Origin: an uncultured Gammaproteobacteria bacterium | Lineage (GTDB): Bacteria > Pseudomonadota > Gammaproteobacteria > DRLM01 | NCBI GenBank assembly: GCA_963729605.1 | Contig: CAVSNY010000007.1 | Span: 1,342,518 to 1,406,517, forward strand | DNA: 64,000 nucleotides | Reading direction: 5' to 3' | Part shown: positions 30,131-39,460 of the stretch, piece after piece | How positions within the stretch are numbered: position 1 is the first letter of the stretch | How the letters are laid out: every line of letters starts with the position of its first letter | Position numbers and translations under genes: made by a program | The notes under the pieces: model-generated | What the model was told of the DNA's origin: nothing | The model's input: the letters and a program-made list of their open reading frames with translations, nothing else | Databases searched by the model: none

Positions 30131-33100
30131 ATGAAACTGCATTTTGAACCCAACCTCGACTATCAGTTGCAGGCCATCGAAGCGGTCTGCGACCTATTCC
30201 GTGGCCAGGAGGTTTGCCGCACCGAGTTCACGGTGACGATGAAGGCGCCGACGCCGCCGGGTACGGACCTGTTTCCCGGTACACAGCCTGAGCAAATGAC
30301 GCTGGGCATGGCCGAGTCCGATTTAGGGGTCGGCAACCGTCTGACCCTGCTGGATGATGAGCTGCACAAGAATCTGGCGGAGATCCAGCTGCGCGGCGGC
30401 CTTCCGCCCTCCGGCGCGCTGGCGTCTGGCGATTTCACCGTGGAGATGGAAACCGGGACGGGCAAGACCTACGTCTACCTGCGCACAATCTTTGAGCTGA
30501 ACAAGCGCTATGGCTTCAGTAAGTTCGTGATTGTGGTGCCTTCCGTGGCGATCAAGGAGGGCGTCTACAAGACCCTGCAGATCACCGAGGATCACTTCAA
30601 GGGGCTCTACGCGGGAGTTCCTTTCGACTACTTCCTGTACGACTCCAACAAGCTCGGGCAGGTGCGCAACTTTGCCACCAGCTCGAACATCCAGATCATG
30701 GTGGTGACGGTCGGCGCCATCAACAAGAAGGACGTGAACAACCTCTATAAGGACAGCGAGAAGACCGGCGGAGAAAAGCCTATTGATCTGATCAAGGCGA
30801 CCCGGCCCATCGTCATCGTGGACGAACCCCAGAGTGTGGATGGTGGCCTCGAGGGGCGCGGCAAAGAGGCTCTGGATGCGATGAATCCACTCTGCACGCT
30901 GCGCTATTCCGCGACCCACGTAAACAAGCATCACATGGTGTTTCGCCTCGACGCAGTCGATGCCTACGAGCGCAAGCTGGTGAAGCAGATCGAGGTGGCC
31001 TCGGCTATGGTGGAGGATGCGCACAACAAGCCTTTTGTGCGCTTTGTGGCCCCGATTACGCGAGGAAAAAGTGTAGTAGGTGCAAGGGTCGAGCTTGATG
31101 TGCTTGAAAGTGGGAAAGTAAAACGCACTATCAAAGAGGTGCAGCCCTACGATTTACTGGAGCAACTGACCAAGCGGGACATCTATAAGGATTACATGAT
31201 CGGTGTCGAGATCATCGCCAAAAAAGGTGAAGAGCTGATGGAGCTACGTTACCCCGGTGGTGAAGTTTTCTTGAAGCCGGGTCAAGCCCACGGTGATGTG
31301 GATGCGCTGGCCGTGCAGCGTGAAATGATCCGTCGCACGATTCGCGAACATCTGGACAAGGAAAAGCGCCTGCGACCGTTGGGCATCAAGGTTCTGTCGC
31401 TATTTTTCATCGATGCGGTGGACAGGTACCGCCAGTACGATGCGGACGGCAATCCGGTCAAAGGTGACTACGCGCGCATCTTTGAAGAGGAGTATCGGCG
31501 TGCCGCCAAGCTGCCGGCCTACCAGAGCCTCTTCGCCGAGATCGACCTGGACTCCGCCGCAGTGGAAGTGCACAACGGCTATTTTTCCATCGACAAGAAG
31601 GGGGGGTGGACAGACACCGCCGAGAACAATGCGGGTAACCGCGAGAATGCCGAGCGCGCCTACAACCTGATCATGAAGGAGAAGGAAAAGCTACTGTCCT
31701 TCGACACGTCGCTCAAGTTCATCTTCTCCCACTCGGCCCTCAAGGAGGGCTGGGACAACCCGAATGTGTTCCAGATATGCACCCTGCGAGACATCCAGAC
31801 CGAGCGCGAGCGTCGTCAGACCATCGGCCGCGGATTGCGTTTGTGCGTGAATCAGCACGGTGAGCGGGTACGGGGCTTCGAGGTCAACACCCTGACCGTA
31901 GTGGCTACGGAGAACTACGAGCAATTCGCCGAAAACCTGCAGAAAGAGATCGAGGCGGATACCGGCATACGTTTTGGCATTGTCGAGCATCACCAGTTTG
32001 CCGCAATTGCCGTGACGGCTCCGGACGGAAAGACCGTGCCCTTGGGCGTCGAGCAATCCAAGGCGTTGTGGGAGCATCTGAAGGCCGCCGGCCACATTGA
32101 CGCCAAGGGCAAGGTGCAGGATTCGCTGAAAAAAGCGCTCAAGGAAGGCACCCTGGTGCTGCCTGCCGAGTTTGATGCCCAGAAGGGCCAGATTGCCGAG
32201 GTGCTGCGCAAGGTATCGGGCCGCCTGGAAATCAAGAATGCCGATGAGCGCAAACAGGTTCCTCTGCGCAAAGGCGAGGATGGCAAGGCGATATACCTGA
32301 GTGACGAGTTCAAGGCGCTGTGGGATCGCATCAAACATCAAACCACCTATCGCGTTCAATTTGACAACCCCAAGCTGATCTCTGATTGCATCAGCGCCTT
32401 GCAAAAGGCACCTGCGATTGCCAAAGCGCGCCTGCAATGGCGAAAGGCCGATATCGCCATTGGCAAGGCGGGCGTTCAAGCGACCGAGAAAGCGGGTGCA
32501 GCGACGGTGGTGCTGGATGAAACGGATATTGAGCTGCCGGACTTGCTGACGGACCTGCAGGATCGAACCCATCTAACCCGCCGCACCATCACCAGTATCC
32601 TGACCGGAAGTGGTCGCCTGGACGACTTCAAGCGTAACCCGCAGCAGTTCATCGAGCTGGCCGCCGAGACCATCAACCGCTGCAAACGGATGGCCCTGGT
32701 CGACGGCATTAAGTACCAGAAGTTGGGCGACCAGCACGTCTACGCGCAGGAGCTGTTCGAGAAGGAAGAACTCACCGGCTATCTCAAGAACATGCTGATG
32801 GACACCCACAAATCGATCTACGAGCACGTGGTGTACGACTCGACCACGGAGCGAGATTTTGCGGATGCGCTGGAGAAGAATGATGCAATCAATCTGTATG
32901 CCAAGCTGCCAAGTTGGTTCAAGGTTCCAACCCCACTAGGTAGCTACAACCCCGACTGGGCCGTGCTGGTGGAGGAAGACGGCACGCAGCGTCTTTACTT
33001 CGTGGTGGAAACCAAGAGCAGTCTGTTTACCGATGACCTGCGGGACAAGGAGAGCGCCAAGATCGAATGCGGCAAAGCGCATTTCCACGCATTGGCGGTT

Positions 33101-33172
33101 GGTGAGAATCCGGCACGTTACGTAGTCGCGCGTTCAGTTGGCGACCTGTTGACGGAAGCGGTCAAGGGATAA
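30131..33172 (+). CDS. res: Type III restriction enzyme Res subunit
   Basis: VEMETGTGKT, IVDEPQ, EGWDNPNVFQ, QTIGRGLR, nuclease motif YNPDW...VETK. Confidence 0.93.
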   Translation: MKLHFEPNLDYQLQAIEAVCDLFRGQEVCRTEFTVTMKAPTPPGTDLFPGTQPEQMTLGMAESDLGVGNRLTLLDDELHKNLAEIQLRGGLPPSGALASGDFTVEMETGTGKTYVYLRTIFELNKRYGFSKFVIVVPSVAIKEGVYKTLQITEDHFKGLYAGVPFDYFLYDSNKLGQVRNFATSSNIQIMVVTVGAINKKDVNNLYKDSEKTGGEKPIDLIKATRPIVIVDEPQSVDGGLEGRGKEALDAMNPLCTLRYSATHVNKHHMVFRLDAVDAYERKLVKQIEVASAMVEDAHNKPFVRFVAPITRGKSVVGARVELDVLESGKVKRTIKEVQPYDLLEQLTKRDIYKDYMIGVEIIAKKGEELMELRYPGGEVFLKPGQAHGDVDALAVQREMIRRTIREHLDKEKRLRPLGIKVLSLFFIDAVDRYRQYDADGNPVKGDYARIFEEEYRRAAKLPAYQSLFAEIDLDSAAVEVHNGYFSIDKKGGWTDTAENNAGNRENAERAYNLIMKEKEKLLSFDTSLKFIFSHSALKEGWDNPNVFQICTLRDIQTERERRQTIGRGLRLCVNQHGERVRGFEVNTLTVVATENYEQFAENLQKEIEADTGIRFGIVEHHQFAAIAVTAPDGKTVPLGVEQSKALWEHLKAAGHIDAKGKVQDSLKKALKEGTLVLPAEFDAQKGQIAEVLRKVSGRLEIKNADERKQVPLRKGEDGKAIYLSDEFKALWDRIKHQTTYRVQFDNPKLISDCISALQKAPAIAKARLQWRKADIAIGKAGVQATEKAGAATVVLDETDIELPDLLTDLQDRTHLTRRTITSILTGSGRLDDFKRNPQQFIELAAETINRCKRMALVDGIKYQKLGDQHVYAQELFEKEELTGYLKNMLMDTHKSIYEHVVYDSTTERDFADALEKNDAINLYAKLPSWFKVPTPLGSYNPDWAVLVEEDGTQRLYFVVETKSSLFTDDLRDKESAKIECGKAHFHALAVGENPARYVVARSVGDLLTEAVKG

Positions 33173-33186
33173 GCGGGAGGAAGAGC

Positions 33187-34134
33187 ATGGCGTTAAATTT
33201 AAGACAGGCAGTGGTCGGCTTCCTCAAGGATCGTGCGGAGCAGAAGTTCACTGCGCGGCAGATTGCGGAGTGGCTATTCGAAACATTCCCCGAGGAGTGT
33301 CATGAAAAACGGGCCAACAGCCGGGGCGACTACATCAAGTCCGATGCTGATCTGGTGCAGCAGCTTGTCGCGGAAATCAGCTCGCAGCGCCCGCGCTTGC
33401 AGAAGAAGCATCCAGAGCTCAAGACGACCGAGGGCCGCCCACGGAAGTACTACTACTCCGAAAAGTCAGACGGTGCCGAGGTGGCGGCGGCAGAGAGCGC
33501 AGTCGTCGTGCCTACGGCCGACATGAACGATACCAAGCTCGGCGAGCGCGCGATGTACCCTCTGCTGTCGCTGTATCTGTGGGAAGAGTTTGGGGTGTAC
33601 TCGAAACGCATCGACGAGAAGCGTTCATCGAACAAGCGCGGCCCGAACGGCAACCGCTGGCTCTACCCGGATCTGGTCGGCATGGAGGACCTAGGCGCGG
33701 ACTGGCACCAAGAGGTGCGGGACTGCGTGAATCAGTACTCCGACAAACGCACCAAGCTGTGGTCGTTCGAGGCCAAGCTGTTGATCAACCGGTCGAACGT
33801 GCGTGAATGCTTTTTTCAGGCGGTTTCCAACTCGTCGTGGGCAAGCTTCGGCTACCTGGTCGCAGCGGAGATCGAGGGCCAGGACACGCTCAAGGAATTG
33901 CGGATGCTGTTCGCTGCGCACGGCATCGGCCTGATCAAACTGGATGCTGACAACCCGGCAGAAAGTCAGGTCTTGATTCCGGCCCGTGAAAGAGATGAGA
34001 TCGATTGGGACATGGCCAACCGGCTGGCAACCGAGAACCGGGATTTTCTCGACTACGTTAAGTTGGTGAAGCAGTTCTACCAGACCGGCGAAGCACGGCT
34101 GGCCGAGTGGGATGTGCCGAAAGAGACCGAGTAG
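33187..34134 (+). CDS. HrgA-like HTH + PD-(D/E)xK nuclease protein
   Basis: NRWLYPDLVG...WSFEAK, FFQAVSNSSWA.FGYLVA. Confidence 0.8.
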   Translation: MALNLRQAVVGFLKDRAEQKFTARQIAEWLFETFPEECHEKRANSRGDYIKSDADLVQQLVAEISSQRPRLQKKHPELKTTEGRPRKYYYSEKSDGAEVAAAESAVVVPTADMNDTKLGERAMYPLLSLYLWEEFGVYSKRIDEKRSSNKRGPNGNRWLYPDLVGMEDLGADWHQEVRDCVNQYSDKRTKLWSFEAKLLINRSNVRECFFQAVSNSSWASFGYLVAAEIEGQDTLKELRMLFAAHGIGLIKLDADNPAESQVLIPARERDEIDWDMANRLATENRDFLDYVKLVKQFYQTGEARLAEWDVPKETE

Positions 34135-34387
34135 CGCCAGGCTATTCGAGGAAAGCGATCACTGTGAGTTGCTGTTCGCTCTGCTGAACTGGCCTTGCCA
34201 GACGTTCCGGTCGCCAATGCGCAGACGCTGTAGCGTCAACTGAAAGCCCTCACAGTTGCGCTCTTTCGCCGTCGCAAAGTCGCCCGTGTCGAATCTGGCC
34301 TCACGAGCCAGTTTGGTCGCGATGGACTTCATGGCGTGCTCGAACAGATCGAGCAGATTGGATTGTTCGTCCTCGTCGATGCCAAAC

Positions 34388-34901
34388 GTTAGCCTTACAC
34401 CCATTCCGACACTCACACCCGGAGGACCGAACGATGACGAAGTACCTTATCTCCTTCCCCGCATCGGCGATGGACAGCTCCGACGAAAACCTGGCTGCCG
34501 TCGGCGAAGCGGCACGCGCGGTCATACGGGAGGCGAAGGATGCCGGCGTCTATGTGTTCGGCGGTGGTATCAACGGGGACGTCGCGCCTCTGATGGTCGC
34601 CGCCGACGGCACTGTTACGAACGAGACCTACCCGCAGACCAAGGAGTTCGACGGCGGCTTCTGTGTCCTGGAACTCCCGTCGCGCGAAGCCGCCGTCCAA
34701 TGGGCCGCGAAGATCGCCAAAGCCTGCCGCTGCTCACAGGAACTCCGCGAGTTCGGTTACGACCCCGAGAGCTGACAGGCGAGGTCGCAGCCGATGCGAA
34801 CGAGGAGGTCTTTCTGCATCTACATACTTCATTGCCATGAACTTCGGACAGGTAACACGCCCCAGCGCCTCGGCACATCCTGTACCGGTCGGGAGCCTAA
34901 C
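34388..34901 (+). mobile_element. Integron gene cassette (YciI), copy 1, attC interior missing
   Basis: Starts GTTAGCC and ends GCCTAAC; near-identical to the cassette at 38569-39144. Confidence 0.7.
34434..34775 (+). CDS. YciI/DGPF-family protein, copy 1
   Basis: GGAGG RBS; AGVYVFGGG, YPQTKEFDGGFCVLELPSREAA..WA. Confidence 0.8.
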   Translation: MTKYLISFPASAMDSSDENLAAVGEAARAVIREAKDAGVYVFGGGINGDVAPLMVAADGTVTNETYPQTKEFDGGFCVLELPSREAAVQWAAKIAKACRCSQELREFGYDPES

Positions 34902-35042
34902 ACTGAACACAAGAATGGAGCAAAGGTGCTATTGGACTGGAAGATGAAATCGCGACTACTACAACTCATTCATGCAGAGGCCTCTGCCGGCGTTGTGGGA
35001 TGAACAGCGGGCGAGGATTGCTGGCTCAACGCCAGCGTGAGG

Positions 35043-36047
35043 TCACTGATTGATTGTCGTTTCCAGCGCGCGCAGGCGATCGACGATGGCATCGAAGGCG
35101 GGAGGCTCGTCGATGAACATACCGGCACCGATCATGCGCTGGAAGTCATCGCGCAGCGTGGCCAGTGCGGCATCTTCCGGAATGAGTCTGAGCTGCCCGG
35201 CCAAGCATGCGTCGTAGTTGGCGTAGCTCGCGTTGTAGAAGACCTTCTTGTGCTTGACGACATCGGCGAGCAAAGCGCGATCGGCCACAGCGGCTTGCCC
35301 ATGGGCAAGATCGGCCAGCATGGCCAGATCGTACCAGTGGCGTGACAGGCGTTCGGCGCCTGTGCGGAACTCGTCGCGCTGACACTCGACGTGCATCAGC
35401 GTCGCCTTTTCCCAGAAGGTACGTGCCGGGGACAGCACACTGACCGTCGACCGAGGAAAATCGAGTGCAGCGACATGCTCCGCGATATCGGGCCGTACCT
35501 CATGCTCTTCGTTCGGCTCGGTGATGTTTCGGCCGCCAAACTCGATCAGGACGCTGCTGCCAACGTAGTTCCCCGGCGATTCCAGAGCCGTCGCGTAGTG
35601 CACCCGCAACTTCTCGCCATCATCGCTAACTTCAAGCTGGAATGCGTTGGTATCAAACTCGGCGGCCAGCGTCCTTTGGAAGTGCGGTAACACGACACCG
35701 TGGGCATGCTCGCGCACGAACGACTTGAGATCCTCGCTGAATTTCTTCAGCCGATTGCGCGAGACGCCTTCGGCAAACGGATCGAAGGAACCGTCCAAGC
35801 CACGATAGTCGAGCGTGATGTCCACGTCCTCGGAGAAGCGAGCAATGGCGCCGAACACCTTGGAGAGTGATGTGCCGCCCTTGAAGGCCATTGGCAGTCG
35901 GTCGGGCATGGTGAACAGGGTCTGCAGCACCCAGCAGACCCAGACATCCTTTTCCAGTACGACGGGCGAGCGCGCAAGCTGCGGAGCCAGTGCCCGATAG
36001 ATTTGGGACTGCTCTTGAGCTTTCAGGTGCAGGAAGGACTCAGGCAT
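35043..36047 (-). CDS. AbiEii-family nucleotidyltransferase toxin (type IV TA)
   Basis: EKDVW, FKGGTSLSK, RFSEDVD, RTFWEK, SRHWYD. Confidence 0.9.
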   Translation of the reverse strand: MPESFLHLKAQEQSQIYRALAPQLARSPVVLEKDVWVCWVLQTLFTMPDRLPMAFKGGTSLSKVFGAIARFSEDVDITLDYRGLDGSFDPFAEGVSRNRLKKFSEDLKSFVREHAHGVVLPHFQRTLAAEFDTNAFQLEVSDDGEKLRVHYATALESPGNYVGSSVLIEFGGRNITEPNEEHEVRPDIAEHVAALDFPRSTVSVLSPARTFWEKATLMHVECQRDEFRTGAERLSRHWYDLAMLADLAHGQAAVADRALLADVVKHKKVFYNASYANYDACLAGQLRLIPEDAALATLRDDFQRMIGAGMFIDEPPAFDAIVDRLRALETTINQ

Positions 36048-36660
36048 GAACGGCAGTCCGCTCGCTCCGGAAGATGGCGTCGCTCATCCACGCGGGCATT
36101 GAGCTGGTGGCTGATTTCAGCACCTCGAATTCGCTCGATCCCAGCTTGCGCCGAATCTTCTCGACGAGAGCCGGCGTTACTTCCGTCTTGCCGAGGTACC
36201 ACATCGCCGCAAGCGCGAGTCCGGCGGGTCGACCCGCCAGGGCCAACTTGCGTTGGCAGACGTGTTGCAGACGGATCTCCATCTTGCCCACGCGGATGCG
36301 CTTCGACGGGCCGGATGTCACGAATACAGGCTGGGTCGGGACCTGCGTGGTCAGTTCGAGCCGACGCGCCGCTTCGGCACCGTGAACCTGGACGACGGCA
36401 CCCGTGATCTTGGCGATGGTCTCGGCCACCTTAAGCGGCTCGGGCATCACCTTGCCGACGAAACGGCTGACCTCTGGACGCACAAAGATGCCGCGCGTCA
36501 CGCGCTCGATCGACCCTGCTTTGACGAGGCGGGAGAGGGTCTGATCGACGGACGCACGCGTGCCGGACTCCAGGAATGCCGTCGGGGTGAAAGGCTCCCC
36601 GATCGGCATCGCCTCGATGCGCTGGCGAATCAGCTCGGCAGTCTTGGTCGTCGTGTTCAT
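36040..36660 (-). CDS. DUF6088/AbiEi-like antitoxin
   Basis: wHTH VDQTLSRLVKAG.IERVTRGIF; LELTTQVP; overlaps the toxin start. Confidence 0.85.
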   Translation of the reverse strand: MNTTTKTAELIRQRIEAMPIGEPFTPTAFLESGTRASVDQTLSRLVKAGSIERVTRGIFVRPEVSRFVGKVMPEPLKVAETIAKITGAVVQVHGAEAARRLELTTQVPTQPVFVTSGPSKRIRVGKMEIRLQHVCQRKLALAGRPAGLALAAMWYLGKTEVTPALVEKIRRKLGSSEFEVLKSATSSMPAWMSDAIFRSERTAVHA

Positions 36661-36972
36661 GTATGAAAATATATGCGAGTTTCTGACAAACTGCAAGTGC
36701 GATGACTCGCGGGGGAGATGGCTCGTGTTCCCTCCGGTAGCCAATGCGGTAATCCAACCGTTTGATTGGTCAGAGCGTAACTATTTGATCTGTATTGGGA
36801 TGACTTGTGGCCTTTGCGGACTTCGGCCAGTTTCAGGGAGCGAGGTCAGAGCGAGGAATGGCCAGGAGAGAGTGGAATGTGGCCCGGAACCTGTCGTGCG
36901 GCCGACGGCCGAAGTCCGCAGGCTTCCGCTGGAACCCCCGCGAACACGCGGGAACCGGCGCGAGCAGGCAAG

Positions 36973-37000
36973 AAAAAGCCCCAACTGATAACAGTTGGGG
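36973..37000 (-). terminator. Rho-independent terminator near the probable island end
   Basis: CCCCAACTG-ATAA-CAGTTGGGG hairpin with a T-tract on the minus strand. Confidence 0.6.
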
Positions 37001-37183
37001 TCTTCAATGTGGCGGCGTCTACCTAATAGACAACATAAATATTGAAATTATTTAAAAGTTGTTTTCAAAAATTAACGAGTTGCCCCCATCACTTGTTTGT
37101 AGAAGTTTTTCCTAACCTCAATGTGCTTGCACCATAACCCCTGACCCCCAACGTTGCGGTAATGGACCCAGACCATGTCATTG

Positions 37184-38501
37184 TGAACCGCCCCGTGTTT
37201 TGCGGAGGCTGTTTGGTTTAAGTCATGCTGCAATCGCGGCATGACGGCGGTATTGCCTGTAGTAGTTTGCCTCAGCTTCTGCTGGAGGGATATACCCCAG
37301 AGGCTCTAATAGCCGGTGGTGGTTAAACCACGAGACCCATTCCAGGGTCGCCAGCTCCACGGATTCCCGGGTTTTCCAGGGTCCCCGACGATGGATCAGC
37401 TCGGCCTTGTACAGCCCGTTGATCGTCTCGGCCAATGCGTTATCGTAGCTGTCGCCCTTGCTGCCGACCGAAGGCTCGATGCCGGCCTCGGCCAGTCGCT
37501 CGGTGTAGCGGATCGAGACGTATTGCGAGCCCCTGTCGCTGTGATGGATCAGGGCATCCTCTGGTTCGGGCTGCCGGGCGTACAGAGCTTGCTCCAGTGC
37601 GTCGAGCACGAAGTCCGTGGCCATGGTGCGGCTGACCCGCCAACCGACGATGCGCCGGGCGAAGACATCAATGACGAAGGCCACATACAGCCAGCCCTGC
37701 CAGGTCGACACATACGTGAAATCCGACACCCAGAGCTGGTTGGGCCTGTCCGCCTTGAACTGTCGATTGACCCGGTCCAGCGGGCGTGGCGCCGAGTGGT
37801 CAGGCACGGTGGTGCGAACCGCCTTGCCACGGCGCACACCCTGCAGGCCCAGGCGCTTCATCAGACGCTCGACCGTACAACGGGCCACCTCGATGCCCTC
37901 GCGGTTCAGCTGCCGCCAGACTTTGTCGGCGCCGTACACCTGCAGGTGGGTGTGCCAGACACGCTGAATATGCGACATCAATACCTCATCGCGCTTGGCC
38001 CGGGCGCTGCGCAGATCCGGATCGCGCCGCCGGGCCGCATGGCGCCGGTAGGCCGATGGGGCAACCTGCAACACCTTGCAGATCGGCTCGACCCCATAAG
38101 CATCCCGGTGCTGGTCGATGTAGGTATTTACGACTTCAGTTTGCGGTCGAGCTCCGCCTGTGCGAAAAAAGCGCTGGCGGTACGCAGTATCTCATTGGCG
38201 CGCCGCAACTCCTTGTTCTCGCGCTCCAGCTCCTTGATGCGCTGTGTCTCGGACGTGGTCGTGCCAGGACGCGCTCCGGCATCGGCCTCCGTACGCTTAA
38301 CCCACTCCAGCAGCGTCCCGGGTACACAGCCAATCTTCGGGGCGATCGACTCCACGGCCATCCACAACGACGGGTATTCCCCGCGATGCTCCTGCACCAT
38401 TCGAACCGCACGTTCACGGACTTCAGGTGAAAACTTGTTCGACTTTTTCATGGCTCCATTCTCTCAAATGTTGGAGCCTCCTCAAAACCAGGGGCGGTTC
38501 A
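37184..38501 (-). mobile_element. IS3-family element (IS51-group-like), copy 1, 1318 bp
   Basis: Terminal IRs TGAACCGCCCC/GGGGCGGTTCA; 3-bp TSD TTG; orfA plus orfB. Confidence 0.95.
37223..38451 (-). CDS. IS3 transposase OrfA (38128-38451) and OrfB (DDE), programmed -1 frameshift
   Basis: [27 protein letters not shown]; TTTTTTC slippery site at 38164-38170. Confidence 0.93.
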
Positions 38502-38553
38502 TTGTTCTTGTAGACTCAGAGTCTGAGAGGGCCGTGTGATTTCCCGTAATGTG

Positions 38554-38577
38554 AGGCCTAACTCAAACGTTAGGCCT
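38554..38577 (+). other. Collapsed (internally deleted) attC site
   Basis: AGGCCTAAC-TCAAAC-GTTAGGCCT: R'' fused directly to the spacer and R'. Confidence 0.65.
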
Positions 38578-38614
38578 TACACCCATTCCGACCTCACACC
38601 CGGAGGACCGAACG

Positions 38615-38956
38615 ATGACGAAGTACCTTATCTCCTTTCCCGCATCGGCGATGGACAGCTCCGACGAAAACCTGGCTGCCGTCGGCGAAGCGGCACGCGT
38701 GGTCATACGCAAGGCGAAGGATGCCGGCGTCTATGTGTTCGGCGGTGGTATCAACGAGGACGTCGCGCCTCTGATGGTCGCCGCCGACGGCACTGTTACG
38801 AACGAGACCTATCCGCAGACCAAGGAGTTCAACGGCGGCTTCTGTGTACTGGAACTCCCGTCGCGCGAAGCCGCCGTCCAATGGGCCGCGAAGATCGCCA
38901 AAGCCTGCCGCTGCTCACAGGAACTCCGCGAGTTCGGTTACGACCCCGAGAGCTGA
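38615..38956 (+). CDS. YciI/DGPF-family protein, copy 2 (cassette gene)
   Basis: Differs from copy 1 at only a few residues. Confidence 0.8.
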   Translation: MTKYLISFPASAMDSSDENLAAVGEAARVVIRKAKDAGVYVFGGGINEDVAPLMVAADGTVTNETYPQTKEFNGGFCVLELPSREAAVQWAAKIAKACRCSQELREFGYDPES

Positions 38957-39066
38957 CCGGCGAGGTCGCAGCCGATGTGAACGAGGAAGTCCTTCTGCAT
39001 CTACATACTTCATAGCCATGAACTTCGGACAGGTAACACGCCCCAGTGCCTCGCTACATCCGGGAG

Positions 39067-39144
39067 GCCTAACCCTTCGTTGCACCCGACTCGCTACAGC
39101 GGGATTCGCCCGCTTCCGCGAGCAGGTGAACTCAAACGTTATGC
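39067..39144 (+). other. Integron attC site (78 bp)
   Basis: R'' GCCTAAC, L'' GTTGCACC (extrahelical G), central hairpin, L' GGTGAAC, R' GTTATGC. Confidence 0.85.
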
Positions 39145-39149
39145 CCCAT

Positions 39150-39320
39150 ATGTGTAGCCGCCCCATTGTCACTTTATGCATTTTGGTAGCCGCCGTCGGC
39201 TGCACCGCGCACGATTCAACATCGTCCGCAATTGACAAGCCGCTGAAAGTAAAAATAAAGGCAGATCTGTTGGTCTCACCGCTGCCGTGCCTGGCGCGTG
39301 AGAAAAGATTGGTTTCCTAA
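39150..39320 (+). pseudogene. Start of the next cassette gene (lipoprotein-like signal), apparently truncated
   Basis: ATG just after R'; MCSRPIVTLCILVAAVGC; no downstream attC seen. Confidence 0.4.
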
Positions 39321-39460
39321 GCCCATATTCAAACAACGACGCCGCGAAATAAACATTGGGTTTGAAGGAACGCTAAAGCCAACCTCCATTCAAACCAACG
39401 AGCGCCTACAATATGACGATGGGCAAACAAGCCCTCAAGGAAGACTTGGAGGAGATCAAA

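Larger units (their letters stand above)
34159..34969 (-). pseudogene. Small hypothetical gene split by the cassette insertion at 34392-34899
   Basis: Rejoining the flanks at GTTAAC gives a continuous ORF MSCSSRDFIFQSNSTFAPFLCSVL-TFGIDEDEQSNLLDLFE... Confidence 0.6.

Noticed and set aside
20221-34134. BREX or DISARM call
   Set aside because: No PglZ/BrxC/PglX or DrmA/DrmB-like genes seen; the core is type III Mod/Res
37005-37030. tRNA or tmRNA gene
   Set aside because: Only a 6-bp CCGCCA end; no T-loop or cloverleaf. No tRNA or rRNA was recognised anywhere in the window
37095-37183. attI site or intI remnant upstream of the cassettes
   Set aside because: CCTAAC/CATAAC motifs are present, but there is no convincing attI architecture or tyrosine recombinase frame
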